A DNA stretch of 64,000 nt, from the IMG/VR virus record IMGVR_UViG_3300047557_004034, positions 1 to 64,000 of that record; one strand, 5' to 3'. This stretch comes from a virus. The translations under genes and the position numbers were made by a program. Positions within the stretch are counted from its first letter, which is position 1, and every line of letters begins with the position of its first letter. The notes beneath the pieces are model-generated. The model saw only the letters and a program-made list of their open reading frames with translations. It did no database searches and was not told where the DNA came from. Of this stretch, positions 62,776 to 64,000 are shown piece by piece.

Positions 62776-62804
62776 TAAAACCCCCACTTGAAGTGTGGGG
62801 GTTT
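62776..62804 (-). terminator. Intrinsic terminator after the tail sheath gene
   Basis: aaacccccac-ttgaagt-gtgggggttt, 10-bp stem (62778-62804), then a T-rich tract on the minus strand. Confidence 0.8.
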
Positions 62805-62825
62805 ATTTTTAATTGTTAAAATTTA

Positions 62826-64000
62826 TTAGATATTCTCGAACGAAGCACCTGTAGGTGTGATAAAGAATTCTATATCAATGAATTCAAGTGCTTTTGTTGG
62901 TTTTAGATAAATTTTACCTGTAAGTGTATTTCTATCCAAATCCTCAGGTGTAGACAATACTGTTACACGGAAATCATAAAGACCTCTGTCTCTTCTGATA
63001 CCATCAAGAATTGGGTTTACACTGTCAAGGAACTGTTGTCTCACAATTTGGTCGTTTTGTTCGAACAATAACCTTACCGCTACTGCTGAAATCAACTTAC
63101 GAGCTTGTAAAAGTAATCTTCTAACATTCAATCTGTTGAGTGCAGAATCCGCAACTTGTAAAGTTTTGTTACCCCAAATTACAGTACCAACGTCAGAGAA
63201 AGTTGCAATTGGGTTTATTCTACCTTGATACAACGTATCTCTATCTTCTTGTGTTAGTTTCAATCTAGCTTTAACTGAATTTACAAGACCTCTCGTATAA
63301 CCCGCTGATGCGAACCAAGGGAATGCAATATTATCAGTTAGTGCTAAGTTTCTACAAACCTCACCTGTTGGAGGAAGATACAATTGTGTATTGTTTACAG
63401 TATCTCTAACCAAAATCCAAGGATAGTATGTTGCTGTATAATTTGAATCAATTGCTGAATTATCCAAGTTATCAACAGCTTCTTGTGGATAGATTATCAA
63501 GTCAGTATTGTTAGAATCTGTAGTATACATCGGATAATCTGGTGTTGTTGCTATGTATACAGAATCCGCTCTTGAGAATTGAATCATGTTGATAGCCGCT
63601 TCCACAAGCTTGGGATTGTTTACATAATCAATACTCGAAGTTGCAAATACATTGATATTAGTTGATTCAGGGTTTTGGAATGATAAGATACCGAGTAAGT
63701 AAGCATAATAATCGGTATTTGCAAAATCTTGTGAATTTTTATCGACAATTATCCTCTTAAACATACCTTCACCCGAAGCTGTTGGGTATCTTGTTGATGG
63801 AGCAGCTCCTGCTAAGTAACCCGAAGCACCCAATCTAAATCTATCTTCATTCGTTCTATACTCTCTGTAGATATCCCAACCATCGAATCCACCAGCAAAA
63901 CATACTGTGAATTTCCTTGAGTAGATATAATAGTACGGGTTTTCTTGACTTTCAATTTCTGCTCTGAATTCAGCATCTCCACAATCAAATGCAGTTTCAC
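62826..64000 (-). CDS. Contractile tail sheath protein (T4 gp18-like), 5' end outside the window
   Basis: YYPW, PWFASAG..RG, RDTLY...INPI, IWGNKTL, LNRLNVRRLL, LFEQND, IYLKPTKALEFI motifs. The frame is open from 63833 to the window end (ETAFDCG...GGFDGWD). Confidence 0.92.
   Translation of the reverse strand, partial: ETAFDCGDAEFRAEIESQENPYYYIYSRKFTVCFAGGFDGWDIYREYRTNEDRFRLGASGYLAGAAPSTRYPTASGEGMFKRIIVDKNSQDFANTDYYAYLLGILSFQNPESTNINVFATSSIDYVNNPKLVEAAINMIQFSRADSVYIATTPDYPMYTTDSNNTDLIIYPQEAVDNLDNSAIDSNYTATYYPWILVRDTVNNTQLYLPPTGEVCRNLALTDNIAFPWFASAGYTRGLVNSVKARLKLTQEDRDTLYQGRINPIATFSDVGTVIWGNKTLQVADSALNRLNVRRLLLQARKLISAVAVRLLFEQNDQIVRQQFLDSVNPILDGIRRDRGLYDFRVTVLSTPEDLDRNTLTGKIYLKPTKALEFIDIEFFITPTGASFENI

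Noticed and set aside
1-64000. Stop-codon reassignment as in some large Bacteroidota phages
   Set aside because: Genes are full length in the standard code with very high coding density. TAA, TAG (e.g. 11718-11720) and TGA (e.g. 21433-21435) all end genes at sensible boundaries.
35828-64000. Bacterial extracellular contractile injection system or tailocin rather than phage
   Set aside because: Interleaved T4-like SSB, UvsX, helicase, exonuclease and RNR genes, and no bacterial housekeeping genes, indicate a phage genome
63812-64000. 62-aa ORF at the window end
   Set aside because: Out-of-frame overlap with the sheath gene, whose frame stays open to the window edge
1-64000. tRNA or rRNA genes
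   Set aside because: Intergenic gaps are short and AT-rich, and none shows a cloverleaf or T-loop motif

Overview
This is a 64-kb fragment of a large, AT-rich, contractile-tailed (myovirus-like, T4-superfamily-type) phage genome. All credible genes lie on the minus strand and use the standard genetic code. In transcription order (right to left): tail sheath (5' truncated), a HAD-family phosphatase, tail tube, tail-assembly chaperone with a short +1-frame ORF missed by the ORF track, tape measure, two very large baseplate proteins and a LysM/gpX-like protein. Next comes a nested replication cassette: gp32-type SSB, UvsX/RecA, 5'-3' exonuclease, an orphan, a DnaB/gp41 helicase, class II RNR NrdJ and a DUF5522-like Cys-rich protein. 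Then gp25- and gp6/J-like baseplate wedge genes, more baseplate-region genes, a SprB-repeat protein, and ~21 kb of fibre/adhesin genes with Pro-Thr stalks, very long (Gly-Ser-Ser/Gly-Thr-Ser)n arrays and collagen-like (Gly-Ala-Gln)n arrays. A TTTG-N20-TAnnTTTG promoter and SprB repeats point to a Bacteroidota host. Most notable: (i) a candidate +1 programmed frameshift (UUU_CGC) in the tail chaperone; (ii) a recurrent sense-strand TATTTAT upstream motif, the reverse complement of the T4 late promoter, often abutting terminator hairpins; (iii) giant Gly-X-Y fibres with Ser/Thr-only triplets; (iv) a 5'-UTR hairpin before the 3072-aa fibre gene; (v) an OmpA-like domain inserted in a tube-fold baseplate protein. 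All product calls come from motif recognition by eye, not database searches.
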